A DNA stretch of 64,000 nucleotides, from positions 96,001 through 160,000 of the forward strand of contig JAVJSW010000049.1 of assembly GCA_040219255.1 (NCBI GenBank). Direction: 5' to 3'. The notes under the pieces were generated by a model. It was not told the origin of the DNA. It searched no databases and was given only the letters and a program-made list of their open reading frames with translations. The position numbers and the translations under genes are program-made. Shown here one piece after another: positions 30,160 through 39,276 of this stretch; positions within the stretch are counted from its first letter, which is position 1, and every line of letters begins with the position of its first letter. This DNA is from Sumerlaeia bacterium (GTDB lineage: Bacteria > Sumerlaeota > Sumerlaeia > SLMS01 > JAHLLQ01).

Positions 30160-31131
30160 ATGACGAAGCCTTACGTTCTGATTACCAGTCCGATCGCGAT
30201 CGCGCACCCCGAACCCTACGTCAGCGCTCTGCGCGCCAACGGCTTCGACGTGGTGCTCGACATGCCCCCAGGCCAGTGCATGGACGCCAGCCAACTCGCC
30301 AAACACAGCCCCAACATCCTGGCGTTGATTTGCGGCGACGACGAAATGTCGAAGGACGTCATCGACGCGAACCCGAACCTGAAAACGATCTGTAAGTGGG
30401 GCGTCGGCATCGACTCGATCGATTGGGCCTATTGCGAGACCAAGGGCATTTCCGTCCGCAATGTGCGCGGCATTCACAGCCAGTCCATGGCCGAGGCCGC
30501 CTGCGCCTATACACTCGCCCTCTACAAGAAGCTGGTCATCACCGACCGCATGGTGCGCGAAGGCCGTTGGGAGAAGGTCTGCTCCTACACCTTCGAGGGC
30601 TCGACCATCGGCATCGTCGGCCTGGGCAACATCGGCTGGCGCGTGGCGCGCATGATGAGCGGCTGGCCGGTGAACCTGCTGGGCTTCGATCCGGACCCCG
30701 GCGCCATGCCCGATTTCCCCGGCCGGCGCGTCGAGCGCGACGAACTGTTCAGCCAATCCAACGCCATCGTCATCGCCGCGCCGCCAGTCTCCGAACGCGT
30801 TCGCGTCCACCGGGCCGGGGCCGAACCGGAACTCGACCAAGTCATGCACCTGCTCAAGCCCGGCACGCTGTACGTCAATGTCTCGCGCGGGGCCCTGACC
30901 CCGGCCAAGCCGTTGGAGCAATGCCTGGAGGACGGCCGCATCGCCGCCGCCGCCATGGACGTTTACGAGGTCGAGCCCCTGCCGGCGAACTCGCGCCTGC
31001 GCACCGAATTCGCCGACCGCGTGATTTTTGGCGCCCACACCGCCTACAACTGCCCCGGCATCTCCGAGAAAGTCACCCGGCTGACCTTCGAGAACCTGTT
31101 CAAGGAACTGCAATGCCCACTGCCCTCGTAA
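30160..31131 (+). CDS. D-isomer-specific 2-hydroxyacid dehydrogenase (SerA-like)
   Basis: KWGVGIDSID, GIVGLGNIG, NVSRG, MDVYEVEP, H.A. Confidence 0.88.
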   Translation: MTKPYVLITSPIAIAHPEPYVSALRANGFDVVLDMPPGQCMDASQLAKHSPNILALICGDDEMSKDVIDANPNLKTICKWGVGIDSIDWAYCETKGISVRNVRGIHSQSMAEAACAYTLALYKKLVITDRMVREGRWEKVCSYTFEGSTIGIVGLGNIGWRVARMMSGWPVNLLGFDPDPGAMPDFPGRRVERDELFSQSNAIVIAAPPVSERVRVHRAGAEPELDQVMHLLKPGTLYVNVSRGALTPAKPLEQCLEDGRIAAAAMDVYEVEPLPANSRLRTEFADRVIFGAHTAYNCPGISEKVTRLTFENLFKELQCPLPS

Positions 31132-31847
31132 CCGGCGCCGCCGGCGGCATCGGCCAGGCCGTCTGCCGCGTTCTGACGCAGAAGGGCTACCGGGTCATCG
31201 GGCTCGACCGGCACGCGGCGGACTGCGCGGCGGAGGGTTTCGTCGTCTGCGATTTGCGCGACGTGGCGCGGGGGTCGGAGAGCGCCCGCCTCCAAATCGA
31301 AGCGATCCGTGAATTCTGCGGCGGGCGGCTGGACCTGCTGGTCAACAACGCCGCCATTCAGATTGTCAAACCAGCCGATCAACTGACCGCAGAGGACTGG
31401 GACCGGACGCTCGCCGTGAACGTCACAGCGCCGTTTCTGCTGGCTCAGGCCTTCCTGCCGGAAATCGAAGCGGCCCAAGGCGCCATCGTCAACGTCGGCA
31501 GCATCCACGCCAACCTGACCAAGCCCCACTTCGTTGCCTACGCCACCAGCAAAGGAGCTCTGGCGACGATGACCAAGGCCCTGGCGGTGGAACTCGGCCC
31601 CCGCGGCATTCGCGTGAACGCCATCCTGCCCGCCGCCACGGAAACGCCCATGCTGGTGGCCGGGTTCGCCGATCATCCCGAGCAATTCCGCGAGCTGTCC
31701 CGGATGCACCCCGTCGGCCGCATCGCCCAGCCCGAGGAACTCGGCGAGTTGATCGCCTTCCTCGGATCCCCCAACTGCGGATTCCTGACCGGCAGCACCA
31801 TAGCCATCGACGGAGCCATCGGCGCCCGCCTCCACGATCCGGTATGA
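31113..31847 (+). CDS. SDR family oxidoreductase
   Basis: TGAAGGIG, NNAA, YATSK, IRVNAI.P. Confidence 0.9.
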   Translation: MPTALVTGAAGGIGQAVCRVLTQKGYRVIGLDRHAADCAAEGFVVCDLRDVARGSESARLQIEAIREFCGGRLDLLVNNAAIQIVKPADQLTAEDWDRTLAVNVTAPFLLAQAFLPEIEAAQGAIVNVGSIHANLTKPHFVAYATSKGALATMTKALAVELGPRGIRVNAILPAATETPMLVAGFADHPEQFRELSRMHPVGRIAQPEELGELIAFLGSPNCGFLTGSTIAIDGAIGARLHDPV

Positions 31848-32845
31848 GCGCCCTCCCCCCGGACCGCCGCCCCCTCGTCAGCATCGTCGTGCTGAACTGG
31901 AACGGCCTGGGTCGCCTCAAGCGCTGCCTGCCCAGCCTCCTTGCCATCGAATATCCCAACCTGGAATTCGTCGTCGTCGATAACGGGTCCACGGACGGCA
32001 GCCTGGAATATCTTCGCGAGACCAGCGATGGCACCGGCCATTCCTTCCACCTCGAAGCTCTCGCCGAAAACCTCGGCTACTCCAAAGGCAAGAACCACGG
32101 CGCGAGCCTCTGCCGGGGCAAATATATCTGGCTGCTGGACAACGACATCGAAGCCGACCCGGGCGCCGTCACCCGCCTCGTCGATCACATGGAAGCCCAC
32201 GAGGCCGTCTGGGCCAGCATGCCGCTCCTCTACGATGGCACCGAGCGCGACCGTGTCTTCAACAGCGGCGGAAAATTCACGCCCTACGGCATCAGCTTTC
32301 GCGGCAACGCCAACCTGCGAAGTCGCACGCTGGACCCGGCGACCGAGGCCGTACCGATTTCCTATCCGGCGGGCGGCGTGCTTTTTGTGAGGCGCGACTG
32401 GTGGGAGCGCTCCGGCGCCTTCGATCCTATGGCGCGGTTGTACCTCGACGACTACGATTTCGGCGCCCGGACCTGGGTGGCGGGGGGCGAGGTGCACCTG
32501 GTCCTGACCGCCCGCACCTATCACCACGAGGACGCACCGAACGATTACATGGAGCGCGGCGATTGGAAATGGCGCGAGGAATTCCGCGGCGGCGCGATGT
32601 TCTTGATAAAGAATTTTCAAATGCGCAACGTGCTTGTCATGCTGCCGCTGTTGCTGGCGCGGCATGGCGTGCAGATTCTGAAAGTGGCCTGGTTCCGCAG
32701 GCGCCCGCTCTTCGTCTTCACGGTGTGGCTGCCGTCGCTGGCCAGCCTCCTCGCCCCCGAAACGCGGCGCCATCTCGCGAACGAGCGGCGGCGCGTTCAA
32801 GCACTGCGCACCCGCCCCGACCGCGATTTTCTCTTCAAGGTGTGA
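31844..32845 (+). CDS. GT2 glycosyltransferase
   Basis: VSIVVLNWNG, VDNGSTDGS, NLGY..G.N, LLDND. Confidence 0.88.
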   Translation: MSALPPDRRPLVSIVVLNWNGLGRLKRCLPSLLAIEYPNLEFVVVDNGSTDGSLEYLRETSDGTGHSFHLEALAENLGYSKGKNHGASLCRGKYIWLLDNDIEADPGAVTRLVDHMEAHEAVWASMPLLYDGTERDRVFNSGGKFTPYGISFRGNANLRSRTLDPATEAVPISYPAGGVLFVRRDWWERSGAFDPMARLYLDDYDFGARTWVAGGEVHLVLTARTYHHEDAPNDYMERGDWKWREEFRGGAMFLIKNFQMRNVLVMLPLLLARHGVQILKVAWFRRRPLFVFTVWLPSLASLLAPETRRHLANERRRVQALRTRPDRDFLFKV

Positions 32846-32857
32846 AACCGAGGACCC

Positions 32858-33283
32858 TTACCGCCGGCAGCGGCAACGCGGACAAACCGCATAACGATCG
32901 TAGCAACTGTCGATCACCAGTGGAATCCAGAACAGAATCCAGCACATCACCAGCAGAATCACCAGGATGATGACCCCCGTCGTGTTGAACGCCCGCTTCA
33001 ACTGCACCGGCCCAGTGTAGCCGCAAACCGGGCAGGCCGCGGAGGCGACCAGGCCGGTGGAGTGATAACTCAAGTACGGGTCGTGCTCGCCATCGGCAGA
33101 GGCCGGAACCGGCAAGGCGAAAGCCGCCGGGAACACTTCGATAGCCGGTTTCCAGTCCGCCATGCCCTCGCACCAGACCAGCACCGAATCCGCCAATCGG
33201 CCGTGGCGCAATGCTTCCTCCAGCTCGGACTCGCTGTAGGTCAGGGTTTCTCCACTGTCGAGAGCGACGCGAAACTGCTTCAT
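32858..33283 (-). CDS. GYF_2 (DUF4339) domain fused to a LITAF-like zinc-binding membrane domain
   Basis: LVWCEGMADWKP; CPVC..hydrophobic stretch..CWILFWIP..CPRC. Confidence 0.75.
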   Translation of the reverse strand: MKQFRVALDSGETLTYSESELEEALRHGRLADSVLVWCEGMADWKPAIEVFPAAFALPVPASADGEHDPYLSYHSTGLVASAACPVCGYTGPVQLKRAFNTTGVIILVILLVMCWILFWIPLVIDSCYDRYAVCPRCRCRR

Positions 33284-33387
33284 GGCCTGGGCGGGCGTCC
33301 GATAGGAAGATCGAAGGGTCGATCAAACCCTGGGCATAGCCCGGGAATGGGGCAAGCGGGATGGCCGCCCCGGGGCTTTCTTGAGTC

Positions 33388-33425
33388 AAAAAAAATACCC
33401 CGCGGCTTTGCGGAAAGCGGCGGGG
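33388..33425 (-). terminator. Probable terminator after rsmG
   Basis: CCCCGC.GCTTT-GCGG-AAAGC.GCGGGG stem with an adjacent A8 tract. Confidence 0.55.
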
Positions 33426-33462
33426 AATGGAAATTGGCCGGTGTGGCGAAGGCGCGGCGGGC

Positions 33463-34227
33463 TTAGCCGCGACTGGCGCGGAGCGGGCGCTTGGCGGGGA
33501 TGCCTTCGCGGCGCGGGTAGCGGTCCGGAGTCAGGCCCGTCTTGGGAATCCAGAGGGCGCTGCTGGGCTTGGCGCCGGGGCCGGGGGTATAGGTGCGAAC
33601 TTCCGGTTCACCGGCGCCGAGCTTATCGAGGGCGAAACGGGCGTCGTCGATTTCCTCGCTCACCTTCGGACCGCTCGGGCCCTTGAAGGTCAGCATCCAG
33701 CCATCGAGAACGAGATAGGGCAGGCAGAGTTCGAGGGCGATGGGCAAGGGGGCGAGGGCGCGGCAGGTCACCAGGTCGAAGCGTTCGCGCCAGCGCAGTT
33801 CGCGGGCATGGATTTCCGCGCGGCCGTCCAGGATCGTGCAGTTCTTGAGTTCGAGCGTATCGATGACTTCCTGGAGGAACTCCAGCTTCTTCTTGTTCGA
33901 CTCCATCAGGAAGACGTCGCACTCGGGCCAGTAGATGGCATAGACGATGCCGGGGAGGCCAGCGCCGGTGCCCACATCGAGCAGTTCTTCGGGGCACTCT
34001 TCGAGGAAGCCTTCGGGGGCCGTTTCAAGAGGGGCGAGGGCGTCGCCGACGACGTGGGTGACGAGTTCTTCGTAGTCGCGGAAACCGGTCAGATTGTTGT
34101 CCCGGCCCCGATTTTTCAGCATGTCGAGATAGGTCTCGTACTTTTCCAGAGCGGTGGCGCGGTGGCCGTTGAGGTTCTGGAGATAGGGCTCGATGTGTTC
34201 TGCGAGAAGGGACTGAAGTTCGTTCAT
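33463..34227 (-). CDS. rsmG: 16S rRNA m7G527 methyltransferase
   Basis: NLTG, LDVGTGAGLPG, KKLEFL, GRAE, RERFDLVTCRA, YPRREGIPAKRPL. Confidence 0.93.
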   Translation of the reverse strand: MNELQSLLAEHIEPYLQNLNGHRATALEKYETYLDMLKNRGRDNNLTGFRDYEELVTHVVGDALAPLETAPEGFLEECPEELLDVGTGAGLPGIVYAIYWPECDVFLMESNKKKLEFLQEVIDTLELKNCTILDGRAEIHARELRWRERFDLVTCRALAPLPIALELCLPYLVLDGWMLTFKGPSGPKVSEEIDDARFALDKLGAGEPEVRTYTPGPGAKPSSALWIPKTGLTPDRYPRREGIPAKRPLRASRG

Positions 34228-34940
34228 AGGACGTACACCGGTGGCTGGCGGAACAGGAATCGCCATTGGGCGAGGAGTCCGGCCAGCAGGATTTTGAGAT
34301 TGAAGGTGGATTGGCCCGCGCGGCGTTCCTCAAAAAGAATGGGAACCTCCGCGAAGGTCGCGTTTTGGGCTTTCGCTGCGACGAGGATTTCCTGAACCAG
34401 AGCGGGTCCGCGGGAATTGACCCGGCTCCAGTCGATGCCCTCCAGCACCGGGCGCCGGAAAATCCGGTAGCCCGACGTGCAATCCCGGATGGGCAGGCGC
34501 AGCAGGATTCGAATGTAGAGATTGGCCGCCAGCGTGATCAGCTTGCGGATGCCGCGGCGCCCGGTTTCTCCCCCACCTGTCACCAGGCGGGACCCGATCA
34601 CCACATCGGCGCTTTCCGTGGCTTTGAGCATGCGGGGCAGGAAGCGGGGATGGTGTGACCAATCCGCGTCCATTTCCACAATCAGGTCGGCCCCCAGGTC
34701 GAGGGCCTTTTGAAAACCCGCCACACCGGCGGTGCCGCGGCCGCGGTCCGCCGTGCGGTGGAGCAAATGCACCCGGGGCTCGGCGGCGCACTTTTCCGCC
34801 ACCAGTTTCCAGGTACCATCCGGCGAGTTGTCGTCGATCACGAGCACCTCAAGACACGGAGAGATGGCGAGAAGAGCCTCCACCAGCGGGAGAATGTTCC
34901 GGGCTTCGTTGTAAGTCGGCAGCGTCGCCAGAATTCTCAT
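34224..34940 (-). CDS. Polyprenol-monophosphomannose synthase (DPM1-like GT2)
   Basis: PTYNE, DDNSPDGT, MDADWSH.P, VIGSR, DCTSGYR, F.ERRAG.S. Confidence 0.9.
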   Translation of the reverse strand: MRILATLPTYNEARNILPLVEALLAISPCLEVLVIDDNSPDGTWKLVAEKCAAEPRVHLLHRTADRGRGTAGVAGFQKALDLGADLIVEMDADWSHHPRFLPRMLKATESADVVIGSRLVTGGGETGRRGIRKLITLAANLYIRILLRLPIRDCTSGYRIFRRPVLEGIDWSRVNSRGPALVQEILVAAKAQNATFAEVPILFEERRAGQSTFNLKILLAGLLAQWRFLFRQPPVYVL

Positions 34941-35466
34941 CGCAGAGACTGCTTCGTTTCCAGGCGCCGGGATGGAACGGGAAAGGCGGGATCAGGAAAG
35001 TCCGAGGGACGTAAAGGAGCCTTCGAATCGCGAAGAAGAAAAACGGTTTTCTTCTTCAATCCCCTGCCCAACGAGGCGGTGACCATACGATTCAAAACCT
35101 CGCGGTTTTCGGTCTATCCTGGCCCGGTCTCAACTGCTCAACCAAGCGCGGCCATATGGGTGAAAGCATTGACTTGATTGGGTTTCCCCGGCAAGCGAAA
35201 AATCCGAAAAAGAGGGCGCAAGCCGTTTTTTCATCTTTGACAGAGAGAACCCCACCAACGACCCAAAACACTGAAAATCCATACGTTACATACCGATTTC
35301 AGAGCGAATTTGCACCTTAAATTTTCCTGTGAAGCGAACGAAAACCGATCCCCGCCCACGCAACGGTTATCCCCCGCCTTTTGAAACGGCCCGAATACAC
35401 AGCGGTCCAATTCCGATAACGGCGGCGAAAAACAAAATGTTTCTTGGAGGAAAAAGCGGAAGAAAA

Positions 35467-35543
35467 TGGTCGGGGTGGCGAGACTCGAACTCGCGACCTC
35501 CCGCTCCCGAAGCGGACGCGCTAGCCAACTGCGCCACACCCCG
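35467..35543 (-). tRNA. tRNA-Pro (anticodon CGG)
   Basis: Reverse complement CGGGGTGTGGCGCAGTTGGCTAGCGCGTCCGCTTCGGGAGCGGGAGGTCGCGAGTTCGAGTCTCGCCACCCCGACCA: 77-nt cloverleaf with encoded CCA. Confidence 0.96.
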
Positions 35544-35696
35544 ACACAAGGGACGGCAGTGAACGCAACCCGCCCCGGCCCCGTCAACGGAAAAGCGAGG
35601 AAAATCCGCCACCCCCACGCCTTTCCTTGCTTCGCGCCGCGCCTCTGGTCTCAAATCCAGACTCCCGACTTCTCTGGTTCTGGATTTTTCGCGGTC

Positions 35697-37142
35697 ATGA
35701 CCACCCAAGACCCCGCACCTCCCTTCTCCACCGATATGGAAGAAAACCTCGCCGATACCCGTCCCATCGGCGCCGGGTTTCGCGCGCCCTTCTCTCCCAC
35801 CTTGATTCCCGGGGTGGAACTCTCGCGCCACCTCGGCTCCGGCGCCAGCGCCTCCGTCTACCTCGGCCGCGACGGCGAGACGGGCCAGCAGGTCGCCGTC
35901 AAGATTCTGTCCGAATACTACTGCGCCTATCCGGAAGCCCTCAAGCGGTGGGAGCGCGAAGCGGCCGCCGTCGAAAAACTCCGCCACCCCAACATCGTCC
36001 GCGGCCTGCGCCACGGCACCACCGGCGGCCGGCCCTGGATGCTGATGGAGTTCTTGCAGGGCGAAACCCTCGCCAATCGGCTCCGCCGCAAAGGCATCAT
36101 TCAGGAGGAGGAAGTCTTCCGCATCGCCGAGGCGGTCCTTCAGGCTCTGAAGGAAGCCCACAAATTCAGCATCATCCACCGCGACATCAAACCCAGCAAC
36201 ATCCTGATCGCCCAGGACGAAGTACTGAAGCTGATGGATTTCGGCCTGGCCAAGGTGGAGGACGACCGCGACCTGACGCAGCTCGGGGCGGTCCTGGGCA
36301 CGCCGATCTACATCTCGCCCGAGCAGGCCCGCGGCGACCTGGACGTCGACATCCGCAGCGATTTCTACTCCCTCGGCGTCATGCTCTACCACCTGGCGAC
36401 AGCGGAAACGCCCTTCAGCGAGTTCAACACGTCGCTTCTGCTGACCAAGAAAATCACCGACGATGTGCCGGACGTGCGTTACGCGAAGCCGGACGCGAGC
36501 GCCGGACTGGCGTTGATGGTTCACCGGCTTTGCGCCCGCGAACGCACCAATCGCCCCGACAATCCGGACAAGGCCCTCGAACTGCTCGATCTTGTTCGGC
36601 GCGGCGAAATCACCACCGTCAATTTCGCCAAAGCCATCCCGGAAAGCGGTCGCGCCGCCCTGCGTCCCGTGAAGCCCAACGACACCGACATGCGCGACAG
36701 CCACCCGGTGTTCCGCACCCTACTGGACGACGGCACGCTGCACGAACCGCCCAAGCTTCTGAAAGAAGGCACCGTCCTCTTTTACGAAGACGACACGAGC
36801 CGCGAGGCCTACGTCTTTCTCCACGGCAAACTGGAAGTCCTCAAGGCCGGCCGCCGCATCGCCGTGATCGAGGAGTCGGGCAGTTGGATCGGCGAAATGT
36901 CCTCACTCCTGGAAGCCCCCCGCACCGCCACGGTGCGCGCGCTCGAGGACAGTTTGCTGCTCGAAGTGGAGGAGGAGGAATTCAAAACGTTCCTCTATAA
37001 GCACACGGAAATGTGCTACGGTCTGGCGAAGTCGCTGGCGGAACGGCTGGAGAAAACCAACCAGCAACTCCGCGATTCGCAGCGGCGGCTGGCGGTGATT
37101 CGCAAGCACTTCAAAATGGTGGCGAAGGAGATCGAGGAGTAG
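35697..37142 (+). CDS. Hanks-type Ser/Thr kinase with C-terminal cyclic-nucleotide-binding domain
   Basis: LGSGASASV, VAVK, HRDIKPSN, DFG, GTPIYISPEQ; then IGEMSSLLEAPRTATVRA. Confidence 0.92.
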   Translation: MTTQDPAPPFSTDMEENLADTRPIGAGFRAPFSPTLIPGVELSRHLGSGASASVYLGRDGETGQQVAVKILSEYYCAYPEALKRWEREAAAVEKLRHPNIVRGLRHGTTGGRPWMLMEFLQGETLANRLRRKGIIQEEEVFRIAEAVLQALKEAHKFSIIHRDIKPSNILIAQDEVLKLMDFGLAKVEDDRDLTQLGAVLGTPIYISPEQARGDLDVDIRSDFYSLGVMLYHLATAETPFSEFNTSLLLTKKITDDVPDVRYAKPDASAGLALMVHRLCARERTNRPDNPDKALELLDLVRRGEITTVNFAKAIPESGRAALRPVKPNDTDMRDSHPVFRTLLDDGTLHEPPKLLKEGTVLFYEDDTSREAYVFLHGKLEVLKAGRRIAVIEESGSWIGEMSSLLEAPRTATVRALEDSLLLEVEEEEFKTFLYKHTEMCYGLAKSLAERLEKTNQQLRDSQRRLAVIRKHFKMVAKEIEE

Positions 37143-37165
37143 GCGTGGTGGGGGATCTTTTTTTC

Positions 37166-37382
37166 GCCACGGATGGACGCGGATAGACGCGGATGGGGTG
37201 GTTGGTGAGGGAGTGTAGGTGGTTGAAAGCGAAGGGGAATTTTATTTTTGTTTTGGAAACTACAGATAGTTCGTCCAATAAATACAATTTGCGGAATTCT
37301 TATATTCTCAAGAGTATGTAATTAAAATACTTTCCTCCCCCGCCACAAACCCCATCCGCGTTCATCCGCGTCCATCTGTGGC
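37166..37382. repeat. 33-bp inverted repeats with 10-bp internal periodicity flanking an AT-rich spacer
   Basis: GCCACGGATGGACGCGGATAGACGCGGATGGGG (37166-37198) matches the reverse complement of 37350-37382 at 30 of 33 positions. Confidence 0.85.
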
Positions 37383-37408
37383 TAAATTAAAAATCCTTCT
37401 CACCACCC

Positions 37409-38956
37409 CTACCCCTTCACCACCTGCATCACCATCGCCTTCGGCCCATCATCCAGGCCTTGCTCGGCCATTTCGATGGCGCGCAGGACGCCCCGGGCTT
37501 TGTTGAGGGTTTCCTGGTATTCGTTCTCGGGAACGGAGTCCGCCACGATGCCGGCACCTGCCTGGACGTAGGCTTTGTCGCCCAGCAGCAGCGCGGTGCG
37601 GATGACGATGGCCGAGTCCATGGCGCCGTTGAATCCGAAGTAGCAGACGGCCCCGGCGTAAGGGCCGCGGCGCACGGGTTCGAGTTCGTCGATGATTTCC
37701 ATGGCGCGGATTTTCGGCGCGCCGCTCACCGTGCCCGCCGGAAAGCTGGCCTCGAGGAGATCGAAGGCGTCCCTGCCCTCTTGCAGTTCGCCGACGACGT
37801 TGCTGACAATGTGCATGACGTGGCTGTAGCGTTCGATAATCTGGAAGGCATCGACCCGCACCGTGCTGAAGCGGCAGACGCGGCCGAGGTCGTTGCGGCC
37901 CAGATCGACCAGCATGATGTGTTCGGCGATTTCTTTCTCGTCCGCCAGAAGATCCTTCTCCAGCGCGAGATCTTCCTCGGGCGTCGCGCCGCGGGGGCGG
38001 GTGCCGGCGATGGGGCGCAGGTTGGCCCGGCCTTGCTCGTCGCAACGCACCAGAATTTCCGGCGAGCTGCCCGCGATCTGCAGATCGCCGCAGGACAGAT
38101 AGAACATGTAGGGCGATGGATTGACCGCCCGCAGCGCCCGGTACACGTCGAAGGGATTGCAACTGATGCGGGTGCAAAGGCGCTGGCTGAGGACGACCTG
38201 GAAGATGTCGCCGGCGGCGATGTATTCCTTGGCGCTGCGGACGGCGTCTTCGAAGCCTTGCTTGGTGAAAGAGGAGACCGGATCGGCGCTCTTGCCGGTG
38301 CCGTTGCCCGCCGCCGGGCGGCGGCGGGGCATGGGGCGATAGGGGGCGGTGACGCGTTCGTGCAGTTTCCCCAGCCGATAGAGCGCGTCGGCGTAGGCCT
38401 GCTCGGCCTCGGCCGGCGCTTCGCACTTGGCGTTCACGATCAGGATCATGCGGCGCTTGGCGTGATCGAAGGCCACCAACTGATCGGCCACCATGAAGAG
38501 GTACTCGGGCGTGCCCAGTTCGTCCGGGTTTTCGTCGGGAACGCGCTCGATGTCGCGCACCGCGTCGTAGGCCATGAAACCCACGGCGCCACCGGTGAAG
38601 GGCGGCAGGTCCGGGTCGGGCACAAAGCGGTAATGGCCCATGATTTCGCGCAGCGTCGCCAGGGGCCGGCCCTGACGGGAAATGGGACGCTCGTCGCGCT
38701 CGAAGAGGATTTCCTGGCGATCGCCCTGGGACTTGTAAATCAAGTACGGATCGGCCCCCAGGAAGGAATAGCGCCCCACCTGATCGCCGTTTTCCACGCT
38801 TTCCAGGAGGAAGGAAAAGGGGCTGTCGGCGAGCTTGCGGTAAACGGAAACGGGCGTTTCCAAATCCGCGAGGATTTCCTGATAAATCGGGATCAGGTTG
38901 CCTTGCTGGGCGCGCTCTTTGAACTGGTCGAGGGTGGGGCGAATCAGGGCGGTCAT
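37409..38956 (-). CDS. trpE: Anthranilate synthase component I
   Basis: DLETPVS, LLESVE, GDIFQVVLSQR, NPSPYM, PIAGTR, EHIMLVDLGRND, GTVSGAPK. Confidence 0.96.
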   Translation of the reverse strand: MTALIRPTLDQFKERAQQGNLIPIYQEILADLETPVSVYRKLADSPFSFLLESVENGDQVGRYSFLGADPYLIYKSQGDRQEILFERDERPISRQGRPLATLREIMGHYRFVPDPDLPPFTGGAVGFMAYDAVRDIERVPDENPDELGTPEYLFMVADQLVAFDHAKRRMILIVNAKCEAPAEAEQAYADALYRLGKLHERVTAPYRPMPRRRPAAGNGTGKSADPVSSFTKQGFEDAVRSAKEYIAAGDIFQVVLSQRLCTRISCNPFDVYRALRAVNPSPYMFYLSCGDLQIAGSSPEILVRCDEQGRANLRPIAGTRPRGATPEEDLALEKDLLADEKEIAEHIMLVDLGRNDLGRVCRFSTVRVDAFQIIERYSHVMHIVSNVVGELQEGRDAFDLLEASFPAGTVSGAPKIRAMEIIDELEPVRRGPYAGAVCYFGFNGAMDSAIVIRTALLLGDKAYVQAGAGIVADSVPENEYQETLNKARGVLRAIEMAEQGLDDGPKAMVMQVVKG

Positions 38957-39234
38957 GGCTTCCGAACCGGTCGAGTATGGGATCGTTGGGGCCGGGAGTG
39001 TGACAACGGCGCGGCGGGAATGCTAGCGGGAAGTGGAACGACGGCCGGATCGAGGGAACTTGGAGCGGAGGGGGCCGCGTGGAGTTTCTGCGGGAGGAGC
39101 GCGGGAGGGGCCTTGAAAGCTCGATCCCTGAGTAGGCAAGCTTTATTTTTGTAGTCAGATTTTTAAATTCAAGAATCTGGCTTTAAGCCCTTGACAAGAA
39201 TGCTTTTCTGGACTTCAGGTGCTTTCGAATCTAC

Positions 39235-39255
39235 TTATTAGAGTCGATTTAATAA
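39235..39255. promoter_or_regulatory. Candidate ROK-family operator TTATTA-N9-TAATAA
   Basis: Perfect spaced palindrome between TTGACA (39191) and the RBS of the 39277 gene; spacing matches NagC/Mlc-type operators. Confidence 0.55.
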
Positions 39256-39276
39256 TCGTCTCCAGGAGTTATCCCG

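Noticed and set aside
37166-37382. Possible CRISPR array
   Set aside because: Only two inverted arms, no direct repeat-spacer periodicity and no cas genes
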